A stretch of DNA of 64,000 bases, taken from positions 1,191 to 65,190 of IMG/VR virus record IMGVR_UViG_2711768077_000003; one strand, given 5' to 3'. Position 1 is the stretch's first letter. The number at the start of each line of letters is the position of its first letter. The translations under genes and the position numbers were made by a program. Shown piece by piece: positions 20,518-30,800 of the stretch. The notes beneath the pieces were generated by a model. It saw only the letters and a program-made list of their open reading frames with translations. It was not told where the DNA came from and searched no databases. Source of the DNA: a virus (Duplodnaviria > Caudoviricetes).

Positions 20518-21694
20518 GGCCAAGCCCGGACCGGTGCCCGAATTGCGCTTCCCCGAGTTCCGCGATGCCGGGCCATGGGAGGTGAAGCGGTTGGGGGAGT
20601 TGGTCGAAACGGTCACGCCGCCCAAGAAGCTACAGACCTCCGAATACCTCCCGAGTGGCAGGTTCCCGATCATCGACCAATCGCCCAGCGACGTTTGCGG
20701 GTGGACCAACGACGAAACTGCGATGGTCCAGGCGGATTTCCCGCTGGTAGTCTTTGGCGATCATTCCTGCGTCGTGAAGCTGGCGAATGGCCCGTTTGCT
20801 CAAGGCGCGGACGGGATCAAGATTTTGGCTCCAACTTCCGAAATTGAAGCCAGGTTCCTGTTCCTGTCATTGCAAGCAGACCCCATCGAGCAAAAGGGTT
20901 ACAAGCGCCACTTCTCCACGCTCAAGGAGAAGCAGATACCTTTTCCGCGCAAGGACACGGGCGAACAACAAAAGATCGCCGATTGTCTGCGGTCGCTGGA
21001 TGATCTGATCCGGGCCGAGAAGCGGCGGCTCGAGGCTCTCAGCGCCCATAAGACGGGCCTAATGCAATGCCTCTTCCCCGCCATCGGACAAACCACCCCC
21101 CGCCTCCGCTTCCCCGAGTTCGAGGGGGCCGGCCCGTGGGAGGTGAAGCGGTTGGGGGACAGTGAAATTGCGCGGTTCATTCGTGAGCGCGTGGCCGCCG
21201 AAGACGTTCCTCTGGGACATTACGTGAGCACCGTGAACCTGTTGCCCGCTTTCTGCGGCTTGTCGCCGGAGCCTGAGAAACCGCCTGCCGGAAGCGCCAT
21301 CGCATATCGGGAGGGCGATATTCTCATGTCGAACATTCGCCCGTATTTGCAAAAGGTTTGGGTCGCCGATCGCTCAGGTGGTGCATCGAATGATGTCTTG
21401 GTCGTTCGCCCAAGCAAGAGCGTCGTGAAGTCGTTCCTTAGCCAATTGCTGATGTCTGAGCGCTTCATTTCGCACGTCATGGGCGGCGCCAAGGGCGTAA
21501 AGATGCCTCGCGGAGATCTCGAGCAAATTCAAGATTTCGAGGTTCCCCTTCCGGCCAGACCGGAACAACAAAAGATCGCCGATTGCCTGACCGCGCTCGA
21601 CGATCTGATCCGGGCGCAGGGCGAGACCATCGAGGCGCTCAAGACCCACAAGCGCGGGCTGATACAGAGGCTTTTTCCGCGGGAGGTCGGTTGA
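20504..21694 (+). CDS. hsdS: Type I R-M specificity subunit S
   Basis: Two TRDs bounded by repeated LRFPEF..WEVKRLG and EQQKIADCL conserved regions. Confidence 0.95.
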   Translation: MKMPEAKPGPVPELRFPEFRDAGPWEVKRLGELVETVTPPKKLQTSEYLPSGRFPIIDQSPSDVCGWTNDETAMVQADFPLVVFGDHSCVVKLANGPFAQGADGIKILAPTSEIEARFLFLSLQADPIEQKGYKRHFSTLKEKQIPFPRKDTGEQQKIADCLRSLDDLIRAEKRRLEALSAHKTGLMQCLFPAIGQTTPRLRFPEFEGAGPWEVKRLGDSEIARFIRERVAAEDVPLGHYVSTVNLLPAFCGLSPEPEKPPAGSAIAYREGDILMSNIRPYLQKVWVADRSGGASNDVLVVRPSKSVVKSFLSQLLMSERFISHVMGGAKGVKMPRGDLEQIQDFEVPLPARPEQQKIADCLTALDDLIRAQGETIEALKTHKRGLIQRLFPREVG

Positions 21695-21697
21695 GCC

Positions 21698-22825
21698 ATG
21701 GTTGAACCGCTGGCCTTCGACACGCTCGACGGCCTCGCCGGGCATCTGCGCCAGCAGATCGAGACGACAAACAAGAAGGTCACGCTCATCTTCGCCCATA
21801 ACGGCACGGGCAAGACTCGGCTGTCGATGGCTTTCAAGGAGCTGGGCAAGACGCGCAACGGCGACGGCGAGGTGACTGCCCGTGACACGCTCTATTTCAA
21901 CGCCTTCACCGAGGACCTTTTCAACTGGGACAACGACCTGGAAAACGACCGTGACCGCGTGCTGCGGATGAACCGGGATTCCGCGTTCTTCAATGGCCTC
22001 GACGTGCTGGAAATGGAAAACCGCATCCGCCCCCTCCTGCACCGGTATTGCGATTTCGAGTTCCAGATCGACTATGACGCGGGCACGGTCCTGTTCTGGC
22101 GCGAGACCGTGAAAGACGCCGACGGCAATGACGTGCCCCTTCCCATCAAGATCTCGCGCGGCGAAGAAAACATCTTTATCTGGTGTTTTTTCCTGGCCGT
22201 CGCCCAGCTCGCCATCGACGGGCAAGAAGCCTATGACTGGGTGAACTACCTCTATATCGACGATCCCATTTCCTCGCTGGACGAGAACAACGCCATCGCC
22301 GTTGCCGCCCACCTGGCGCGAATGCTGAAGGATCAGGACCGGCTGAAGGCGGTGGTCTCGTCCCACCACACGCTGTTCTTCAACGTGCTGTGCAACGAGT
22401 TGAGCAAGCCGTGGCAGTTCTTCCTGGGTTGCGATGGCAGCGGCTGGCAGCTGCGCAACACGGGCCAGACCCCGCGCTTCTATCATGTCGCCATGCTGAA
22501 GGAGCTGCACGCGGCCGCGCAGTCCGGCAAGCTCTACACTTATCACTTCACCATCCTGCGCAGCATCATGGAGAAGACCTCGACCTTCCACGGGTTCAAC
22601 AGTGTTGGCGACGTGTTAAAGCGCAACCCGGACGACGAGGATGGCACGCTGCATTTCCGCTATGTGCAGCTTCTGAGTCACGGGAGCTATTCGCTTTTCG
22701 AGCCGGTCGAGATGATCGAGGAGAACAAGCGGATCTTCCGGACAATTTTGGACAACTTCATGAACGATTACCGCTTCAACCCCGATCTGTTCCCGGTGGC
22801 TGAGACAGAGGAGACCGCCGCATGA
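21698..22825 (+). CDS. prrC: PrrC-type anticodon nuclease (ABC ATPase + HEPN-like domain)
   Basis: AHNGTGKT, ISRGEE signature, YIDDPISSLD, SSHH, C-terminal LRSIME...LSH; sits inside the hsd operon. Confidence 0.85.
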   Translation: MVEPLAFDTLDGLAGHLRQQIETTNKKVTLIFAHNGTGKTRLSMAFKELGKTRNGDGEVTARDTLYFNAFTEDLFNWDNDLENDRDRVLRMNRDSAFFNGLDVLEMENRIRPLLHRYCDFEFQIDYDAGTVLFWRETVKDADGNDVPLPIKISRGEENIFIWCFFLAVAQLAIDGQEAYDWVNYLYIDDPISSLDENNAIAVAAHLARMLKDQDRLKAVVSSHHTLFFNVLCNELSKPWQFFLGCDGSGWQLRNTGQTPRFYHVAMLKELHAAAQSGKLYTYHFTILRSIMEKTSTFHGFNSVGDVLKRNPDDEDGTLHFRYVQLLSHGSYSLFEPVEMIEENKRIFRTILDNFMNDYRFNPDLFPVAETEETAA

Positions 22826-24456
22826 CCGAACAGGACCAGACCAAGCTGGGCAAGACCCTCTGGGCCATCGCCGACCAACTGCGCGGGGCGATGAATGCGG
22901 ACGACTTCCGCGATTACATGCTGTCCTTCCTCTTCCTGCGCTATCTCTCGGTCAATTACGAGGAGGCCGCAAGGGCCGAGCTGGGCGCCGACTGGCCTCA
23001 GCTTCCGTCTGGCGACCGCCGTTCGCCGCTGGCCGTCTGGTATGCGCAAAACCCCGAAGATACCGAGGAGTTCGAGAAAGTGATGCGCCGCAAGGTGCAT
23101 TACGTCATCAAGTCCGATCACCTCTGGAGCTCCATCGCCGAGATGGCCCGCACTCAGAACGACGAGCTGCTGCACACGCTGCAGCAGGGCTTCAAGTTCA
23201 TCGAGAACGAGTCCTTCTCGTCGAGCTTTCAGGGGTTGTTCTCGGAGATCAATCTCGACTCCGAAAAACTCGGCAAGAATTACCCGCAGCGCAACGCGCG
23301 GCTCTGCACGATCATCCAGAAGATCAACGAGGGGCTTTCCGAATTCTCCAGCGGGCGCGACCTGCTGGGCGACGCCTACGAATACCTGATCGGCCAGTTC
23401 GCCGCCGGTTCGGGCAAGAAGGCGGGCGAGTTCTACACGCCCCAGCGGATTTCCGACATCCTGTCGGAGCTCGTCACGCTCGATAGCCAGGACCCGGCCT
23501 CCGGTAAACGTGACAAGCTGAACCGCGTCTATGACTTCGCCAGCGGCTCCGGCTCGCTCTTGCTGAACGTCCGGCGCCACATGCGCAAGGGCGGCATCGG
23601 CAAGCTCTACGGGCAGGAGAAGAACATCACCACCTACAACCTCGCCCGGATGAACATGCTGCTCCACGGCGTGCGGGACACCGAGTTCGAGATCCACCAC
23701 GGCGACAGTCTGGAAAATGACTGGGACATCCTGCGAGAATCAAATCCGGCGAAGAAGATCGAGTTCGATGCCGTGGTAGCGAATCCGCCCTTCAGCTACC
23801 GCTGGACGCCGACCGAGGAGACGGCGAAGGATTTTCGCTTCAAGAACTATGGCCTGGCGCCCAAGTCAGCCGCCGACTTCGCCTTCCTGCTGCACGGGTT
23901 TCATTTCCTCGCCAAGGACGGAACCATGGCGATCATCCTGCCGCATGGGGTTCTGTTCCGCGGCGGGGCGGAGAAGAAGATTCGCACCAAGCTCATCAAG
24001 GACGGCAACATCGATACCGTGATCGGCCTGCCGGCAAAATTGTTCTATTCCACGGGCATCCCGGTTTGCATTCTGGTGCTGAAGAAGTGCAAGCGCACCG
24101 ATGACGTGCTCTTCATCAACGCGGCCGAGCACTATCAGCCTGGAAAGCGGCAGAACACACTACTGCGCGAACACATCGACAAGATCGTCGAGACGTACAA
24201 ACAGCGAAAGGAAGAGGATCTCTATTCGAAGGTCGTCAGCCTTCAAGAGATCGAGGAAGAGCACGACTTCAACCTCAACATTACGCGCTATGTCAGCACG
24301 GCAGAGTTCGAAGAAGAAGTCGACCTAGCTGCTGTCCGCCAGCAACTTGATGACCTGCGAAAACAGGTTCGATCGGCAGCCCAGCGGCACAACGGCTATC
24401 TGGAGGAGCTGGGCGTGCCAATGTTGCCATACGAACTTGAAAATGGATCAGATTGA
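22822..24456 (+). CDS. hsdM: Type I R-M N6-adenine methyltransferase subunit M
   Basis: LWAIADQLRG, GEFYTP, DFASGSG, ANPPF, PHGVLFRG. Confidence 0.96.
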   Translation: MTEQDQTKLGKTLWAIADQLRGAMNADDFRDYMLSFLFLRYLSVNYEEAARAELGADWPQLPSGDRRSPLAVWYAQNPEDTEEFEKVMRRKVHYVIKSDHLWSSIAEMARTQNDELLHTLQQGFKFIENESFSSSFQGLFSEINLDSEKLGKNYPQRNARLCTIIQKINEGLSEFSSGRDLLGDAYEYLIGQFAAGSGKKAGEFYTPQRISDILSELVTLDSQDPASGKRDKLNRVYDFASGSGSLLLNVRRHMRKGGIGKLYGQEKNITTYNLARMNMLLHGVRDTEFEIHHGDSLENDWDILRESNPAKKIEFDAVVANPPFSYRWTPTEETAKDFRFKNYGLAPKSAADFAFLLHGFHFLAKDGTMAIILPHGVLFRGGAEKKIRTKLIKDGNIDTVIGLPAKLFYSTGIPVCILVLKKCKRTDDVLFINAAEHYQPGKRQNTLLREHIDKIVETYKQRKEEDLYSKVVSLQEIEEEHDFNLNITRYVSTAEFEEEVDLAAVRQQLDDLRKQVRSAAQRHNGYLEELGVPMLPYELENGSD

Positions 24457-24803
24457 CGTGGCTTCTGGTGCTCTTGTCATGTGACTGGACGCAGGTGTTG
24501 TCGAAGATAAGGTGCAGGCACCGTGCTCACGTCAGCGAACGTCCGACCTCGGTCGTTTCTCCGGAGAAGCCACCGGCATCGAAGTTTTCAGGTTTCGTTA
24601 CAAAATAATGATTTGATTTCAGCGCATTACGACAAATTCACCAAAATGGCGCAGTCATGAGGTTCGGAGAATATCGGCCCGGAGAGACCGCTTCCGGGCC
24701 TCCCGGCGCAGGGGCCGGTGCTCAGCCCATCCCGCATAACCCTCGAATACAACGAGAAAATCCGGCCGCGGCCGGATCGAGAGAACGCTTTCGCAGAGGC
24801 AAG

Positions 24804-24820
24804 TGGCGGAGGGGACGGGA
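24804..24820 (-). other. Putative att remnant resembling a tRNA(Ser-like) 3' end (tcccgtcccctccgcca)
   Basis: Minus strand ends in CCTCCGCCA; lies just beyond the cargo; no full cloverleaf. Confidence 0.45.
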
Positions 24821-25161
24821 CCGGGGACGAACGTTCTCTGGGTCTTAAGTCATTGATCAGGCGCGAGCCGGAGGGCCAAGGTCCGCATCAGCTATGTTCG
24901 ACGGGGAGTCGGTGCAGCAAGAAAGTGTCGCGATCGGGTCCGCACCTTAACAAGGGAGCGCAAGCATATCCGCCTTGACGGCATTCCGGCGCTTCAAGCG
25001 GCGACGTCGTGGGACCGTCGAGGCAAGCGATGAGGAGCGGCGCGCTTCTATGCGGGTATGCAGAAAGCGAAGATCGCGCTAAAATACACGTATGGCCTCC
25101 GACGATCGTGGCTCGGTTCAACGCACCCTCGGAGCGACCAAGACGGAATGGGAAGCACGCC

Positions 25162-25485
25162 ATGAGCACAGACTATGAACTTTCGCTTTCTTCATCGGAC
25201 GGTACAACCGCTCGCATAACCATCGTCGACAGCCTGAACCCTCTGCCTGGAAGCGATACCTGGACAGCAGCAGACAACAGTCAGTGGGAGGTCAACGGCG
25301 GAACGGTGACGAGTTGGGGATCGGGGGGCGCTTATCTCAGTGGGCCGGTCGGTGTACAGTCAATTTTCCTAGATGGGTTTGAGAAGAGCACAAAAGCGAA
25401 GGACACCGGTGACGGAGAGAAAAACTATGAGGGGGGTACATTCCCGGCGGGTTCCTTCCGCTGGCGCTGTACCTCGACGTCATAA
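25162..25485 (+). CDS. Small beta-rich hypothetical protein (107 aa)
   Basis: MSTDYELSL...FRWRCTSTS; plausible RBS (ggaag); protein-like composition. Confidence 0.6.
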   Translation: MSTDYELSLSSSDGTTARITIVDSLNPLPGSDTWTAADNSQWEVNGGTVTSWGSGGAYLSGPVGVQSIFLDGFEKSTKAKDTGDGEKNYEGGTFPAGSFRWRCTSTS

Positions 25486-25549
25486 CCACTTTCTTGTGTA
25501 GTGCTCGATCGGCTTACGCTGCTCGGTAGTGCCCCGCGGGATGGTCTAA

Positions 25550-26479
25550 GAGCCCGACCCGAAAAGCGTTGAGCAGTTCAGTGCCTTGTGATTCTGTCCG
25601 GTTGCCAGACTGGACGGAGGGTCACATGCCTTGGACTGAAACCGCTCGGCTTGAGTATGATCGGCGCGGCGGCCGCTACGCAAGCGATCTGACGGATCGG
25701 GAATGGGCGCTGATCGAGCCTTTCATGCCCTCGCCGCGTCGCATCGGCCGGCCTCGAACGACCGATTTGCGCGAGGTGATGAACGCGATCCTCTACATGG
25801 CGTCGACCGGCTGCCAGTGGGCCTATTTGCCGAAGGACTTTCCACCGCCCTCGACGGTGCAGCGCTATTTCTACGAATGGCGCGACAGCGGCCGGCTGAA
25901 GGCAATCAACCAATATCTGGTGATGGCGGCGCGCGAGCGCGATGGTCGCGACGCCACCCCTTCAGCCGGCGTGATCGACTGCCAGAGCGTGAAAACCACT
26001 GAAAGAGGAGGGGTTAGCGGCTTCGATGCCGGCAAGAAGGTCAAAGGGCGCAAGCGCCATATCGTCACCGACACGCTCGGCCTGATGGTCGGGCTGGTCG
26101 CGCACGCGGCCGACATCCAGGATCGCGACGGCGCGCCAGCGGTGCTCCAATCCATCCGCCATGCGTTTCCCCGGCTGCGGCACGTCTTCGCCGACGGCGG
26201 CTACGCCGGGCCGAAGCTCCGCAGCGCGCTGGACAAGATCGGCGACTGGACGCTGGAAATCGTCAAGCGCTCCGACGCCGCCAAAGGCTTCGAGGTGCTC
26301 CCCCGCCGCTGGGTCGTCGAACGCGCCTTCGCCTGGCTCGGCCGATGCCGCCGGCTCGCGAAAGACTGGGAGAAAACCATCGCCAGCGCCGAGGCATGGA
26401 TCACCATCGCCCACATCCGCCGCGTCACCCGCCATCTCGCAAGGCATTGTCAAACATCATAGAGTTTCGAGTCGGGCTC
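25550..26479 (+). mobile_element. IS5-family insertion sequence (930 bp) with TAA target duplication
   Basis: IRs gagcccgacccgaaa / tttcgagtcgggctc; taa at 25547-25549 and 26480-26482. Confidence 0.92.
25626..26462 (+). CDS. IS5-family transposase
   Basis: YASDLTDREW, TGCQW..LPKDFPP, KGRKRH, FADGGY, RRWVVER. Confidence 0.93.
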   Translation: MPWTETARLEYDRRGGRYASDLTDREWALIEPFMPSPRRIGRPRTTDLREVMNAILYMASTGCQWAYLPKDFPPPSTVQRYFYEWRDSGRLKAINQYLVMAARERDGRDATPSAGVIDCQSVKTTERGGVSGFDAGKKVKGRKRHIVTDTLGLMVGLVAHAADIQDRDGAPAVLQSIRHAFPRLRHVFADGGYAGPKLRSALDKIGDWTLEIVKRSDAAKGFEVLPRRWVVERAFAWLGRCRRLAKDWEKTIASAEAWITIAHIRRVTRHLARHCQTS

Positions 26480-26509
26480 TAAGAGCGCTGACCTTCGGAG
26501 AGGTCCAGT

Positions 26510-27268
26510 GCTGATCAGGTGGCCACGGCGGGCAACTTAATGCCGGGGTTGTCGGTGACACGCGCGAGCGTTTCCATGGACATATAGCGGCGTGCGACGG
26601 TTCACTCGTCGTTTTTTTTTGAGCATCAGCGCGCCGACAAGCTAGACGATGGCTTCGTCGTTGGAGAAGATGCCGATGACATCGGACCTTCGCTTGATTT
26701 CCCGGTTCAGTCGTTCGAGCGGATTCGTGGACGCGATCTGGGCTCAGTGCTCTCAAGGGAAGTCCATGTAGGCCAGAACGTCGTCCCGCGAGGCGTCCAT
26801 CGGGGTGCCGAGCTTTGCCTAATTCTGGCGCAACGCGTCGGCCACAACATCCCCACTGGGCTTCCGCGTCCACCTTGCTCTACTGGGCGAAGACCGTCTT
26901 CAGCATCGCGGCCACGGCGGTACGCTACTTGGCTGGGGCATAAGCCAGCGTATTCCGCATCCTGTGAACGCGGCGGCGCTGGTGCGTGGCGTCGAACACC
27001 CGCCGCGCGGCGGCCCGAAGCCCCTTTTGGTCGTCCGCGACCATCAGCTTCACGCCGCGCAGGCCACGGTCGGCGAGAGATCGAGAAAGTCCGTCCAGAA
27101 GGTCTCCGGCTCCGAAGGCCCTGTGACGACGCCGAGAACCTCGCGCTTGCCGAATCGAGCCAGAAATTTGGGCCCGGCCCCTTCCAGCGGGCGAGAGACG
27201 AAGGCGTTTACCCGCTGGTCGATCTCGACGTAGAGACGGCTAACCTGCGACTTCGACATGCCGCCAAG
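26510..27268 (-). pseudogene. Degenerate IS256-family transposase remnant
   Basis: Fragments MSKSQVSRL..IDQRVNAF..RPL and IASTNPLERLNREIKRR in different frames, with deletions. Confidence 0.75.
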
Positions 27269-27343
27269 GCGCAGCCAGAAACGACTATCCTGAAACCAAA
27301 TACCGAGCTACGCTTCCTTAGCACTTGCTGCGTGGAGAGCGAG

Positions 27344-27736
27344 ATGGACCAGTCAACCATCAGAGACCTCAGTTACCTGCTCGCCGTTATTGCAATGACG
27401 GGAGTCTTGATCTGGGGCCTGAAACATGTGTCGCGCGAGCTTGGCCGAGTGAATCCGACTACTAATAGAACACTCATGGCTGAGGCGCTTTCCGAGAAAG
27501 AAGGGACTGAGGCAGGAGTGGACGAAGACACCAGTTTCAGTCGAGTTTCCGGCGCGTTGGGTGCCATTGGGATCGCGGCGACATTCGTCGGAATTGGGTA
27601 CTGGGCGCTTCATGGTCTGTTCTTTGGAACTGAGGCTAATCTAGAAAAGATTTCGTCACTATCCACGTACTTCTTGGCGGGATCCGCGTTATTTATCCCC
27701 TACGGGTTTAACAAGATTTCTAAAATTTTCAATTAG
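27344..27736 (+). CDS. Small 3-TM membrane protein (130 aa; holin-like by topology only)
   Basis: Three hydrophobic segments (LLAVIAMTGVLIWGL; GALGAIGIAATFVGIGYWAL; YFLAGSALFIPYGF), basic C-terminus. Confidence 0.7.
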   Translation: MDQSTIRDLSYLLAVIAMTGVLIWGLKHVSRELGRVNPTTNRTLMAEALSEKEGTEAGVDEDTSFSRVSGALGAIGIAATFVGIGYWALHGLFFGTEANLEKISSLSTYFLAGSALFIPYGFNKISKIFN

Positions 27737-27892
27737 AAGCTAACTGCGATCGGGGCGGTCGTGGTGTGGTTAGCATCGCGGCGCTTCTAGGGCTGACCCA
27801 CGCGGGGTATCTCGTCGCCAAGAGGCGGCCAACGGACAAGACACGGAACTGACCAGGACGTGGATCGGGGCCGGAACCGGGGGAAGGACTGC

Positions 27893-30800
27893 ATGGCAGA
27901 GATACAAATATTCGGTGACGGCGCGGTTACTGTCGTTCTTGTCGCCGAAATTTCCGCCAGCTCCGCCCGCGTCACAGGTCTGATCGTCCGGCTTGCGGGA
28001 AACGAGGCGACCGTCACTCTCGCCGAAGCGATCGAAAACATTCACGTGAAACTGCTGTTCTTCGAGAACGAGGACGGAAAGTTCGGCCCGCCCCGCGACG
28101 AACTGCCTTCGATCAAGGAGGCGGCCGCACTGGGTCTTGCCGCGGCACGGGCCAAGCTGCGCGCCGAGTTGGCATCCGTCGAGATTCGGGAGAAGGGTAT
28201 TTTCGGCTTTCCAGCCGGATTCGCCAAGGCGTCAATGTCAATCCGCTTCGCCGATAGCGCGGACGGATCGCTTGGGTTCCGGCTCGACGCACGGACGCGG
28301 CTGGATGTATCGGCACAGTTCGCGCTCGAACAATATGCCATGGTTACCGCCAATGCCGAGTTGGAGGCGCGGATTACGGTCGCCTCGGAGGATGTGCTTG
28401 CATCGCTCGAATTGCTGGTGCCAACGCTCCCGAACCTAGGGTTCAAACTTCGAGATGTGGCCTTACCCACGTTGTCCTTCTACGACCTGAATGGGGTCGA
28501 CATCAAGATCGGCTCTCTGACAGCGCTGAAGCTACCCCTGCCCGAATGGCTGCCGAACATCTCCGTCGAAGGTGGCGCGCCATTTACGGTGTCGGCTGAT
28601 GCTGGCAATGGAGCCTTCGGTCTGAACGCAACGACCGATATCGATGTTCTGCTGGACTCGAACGAAATCGCGAAGATCGAAGATTTCGCGATCAGTCTCG
28701 ATGGTGGGACGATCAAAGTCGCGGGCAAGGTCACGGCCGAGCACGACACCCCGATTAACAAGCGCTTCGAATTCGGCGGCGGCGACCTGCCCGTCCGCGT
28801 GCAGGTGGCGGTAAAGAATGTGACCGCCGCCTTCGACGGCGGGGCCGGGGCCTTGGCCGTGACATGGACCTTCGAAGAAATCGCCGTCGAGGCGACCGAC
28901 GATCCCGGCGCGCGGATCGCCGTCGCACTCGATCTGGTCACGGTAACAACGTTGTCCAGCGGGGAGACAAGCTGGGACGCGGCAAATGCGAAACTTCTGG
29001 ACCTGGGCGCTGACGTTACCTTCGAGGTGCCCGACCTCAATATTATCGACGGGTTGATGAACCTGCGGCTTGGCTTTCTGGCCGATGCGGCGGGCGCTTT
29101 AGCGGAGTTCTTGGATCGGCTGGCCCGGCTCTTGGCCGCGGTCTTGCGCTACATGGCGCGCGCCGTGGGCGCGGTGACCGGCCTGTTGTCCGAAGTGGCC
29201 AAGGCGCTTGCCGGCCTGCTCGCGGACGGGCTGCGTAAACTGTTGGAGCTTCTGGACAAGGTCGGCGACGTCGTCACGCTGGAACTGCGCCTGGACGCGG
29301 CCACGCTGCGCCCCTTGCAGGTGGTCGTTCTTCCGGTGAACGCCGACCCGAAGCCCGTCGACATCGGCAGCAGCCTGCTGCGCGTGACAGCGGATCACCG
29401 CTTTGTGCCCGGCATGATTCTCGATTTCGTCAACCACTGGCAGGGGCTCGCGCTGTTGCGTGAACCTGATCTAAACGTCAATCCTCAAGTGACGATATCG
29501 ACCGACCTTTGGCTTGGGTCCGATACCGACGAGGCTGGAACGATCCCGGTCGAGTCCCCTGACCCGCTGATCTCGGTCTCGGCGACTGCAAAGGACCCCA
29601 ATGCCGCTGAAGCCATCGTGATCGCCGCACTCAGCCGCGGGCGGGGCAAGTTTTTTCAGACTTTCGGGGCAGAGCGAAAGAAGGCGGAGAAAAATAAAAA
29701 CGGCGTCATCACCTTCACCAGTGTCGGCGCCATTTCCGATCTGAAGGCGCTGTCAACAGACAACTTCCTATTCAAGCTGGACGCCGAGCGGCTGAAAAAC
29801 AAGATCACCGCTCTGATGCCGCAAGGGCCGCCAGAAAGCGGGAGCGACAAGCTTGCGCAATTCATCGACATTGAAGAGTTCACTTTCGATCCCGACAGCG
29901 CGCCTAAATTCAAAGGCAATTTGAAGGTCCGGATCAGAATTCCGACCACCGGGAATAACGAGATCCTGATCCCGCTGGAAATCTCCGCGGTGCTAGACAT
30001 AGAGACTCTGGAACTGACGCTGGATGCCGATGAAGAGATCATCATCCAGAGCAAGGCCATCGACGAAGTGATCTACGGGTTCGGCCTGATCCTCGCGCCG
30101 GTCGGGTATGACAAGGACAAAACCGTCGTAGGCGACTTGTTCAAGATCGGTTTTAAGAAAGGCGATTTGTCGCTGGAACTTGCCGCCGGTGCCAAGGCGC
30201 TTCTATCCTATGACCAGTTGTCGGGCGACGGCGCGTCGCTGGCCTTCGAAGCCACGGAATTCGCAATCGATCGCGGCGGACTGGACCTGATCGCAAGGGT
30301 CATGGCCGATCGCCCCGTGCGGCTGGGCGGACTGGATCAGCCGTTCCGCTTCAATCGCGGCTCAATCTCTATTCAGGGCGGTGTGCTACAGGGCGGGACA
30401 ATCTCGGGGTATGGCCCGATGCCGCCTGCGCTGATCGGCGAGGCAAAAGCCGAGATCGACCTCGTGTTCGGCCGACGCAACGGAAACCTCGCCCTGGTGG
30501 CCGCCAACGCCAAGCTGGAAAAGGAAGGAGAGCCGCTTTATTCCACCGGCACCCGGTTCCGCGTGGTGCTCGACGCGCTCGGCCTTGGTTTCGTCGATCC
30601 TGTCGTCGGCCCGACTCAGTTCTATTTCCAGCTGTGGGGTTCTGCCAGTTTCGAGCCGGAAATCGGCGCCTTTGATGGCGGGCTTCTGGAAAACTTAAAG
30701 TCGGTAGCGATCCGGCTCGAGGGTGCGCCGCTGACCGGCGACGGGCGCGAGTTGATCAAACACATCAGTTTCCTGGTCGAACTGGACCCGCCGCTGCGTG

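Noticed and set aside
24780-24880. Intact tRNA gene
   Set aside because: Only an acceptor-end-like 17-mer; no TTCGA T-loop or cloverleaf.
26747-27343. N-terminal 199 aa of the 329-aa ORF 26747-27736
   Set aside because: Antisense read-through of the IS256 remnant; the real gene most likely starts at ATG 27344.
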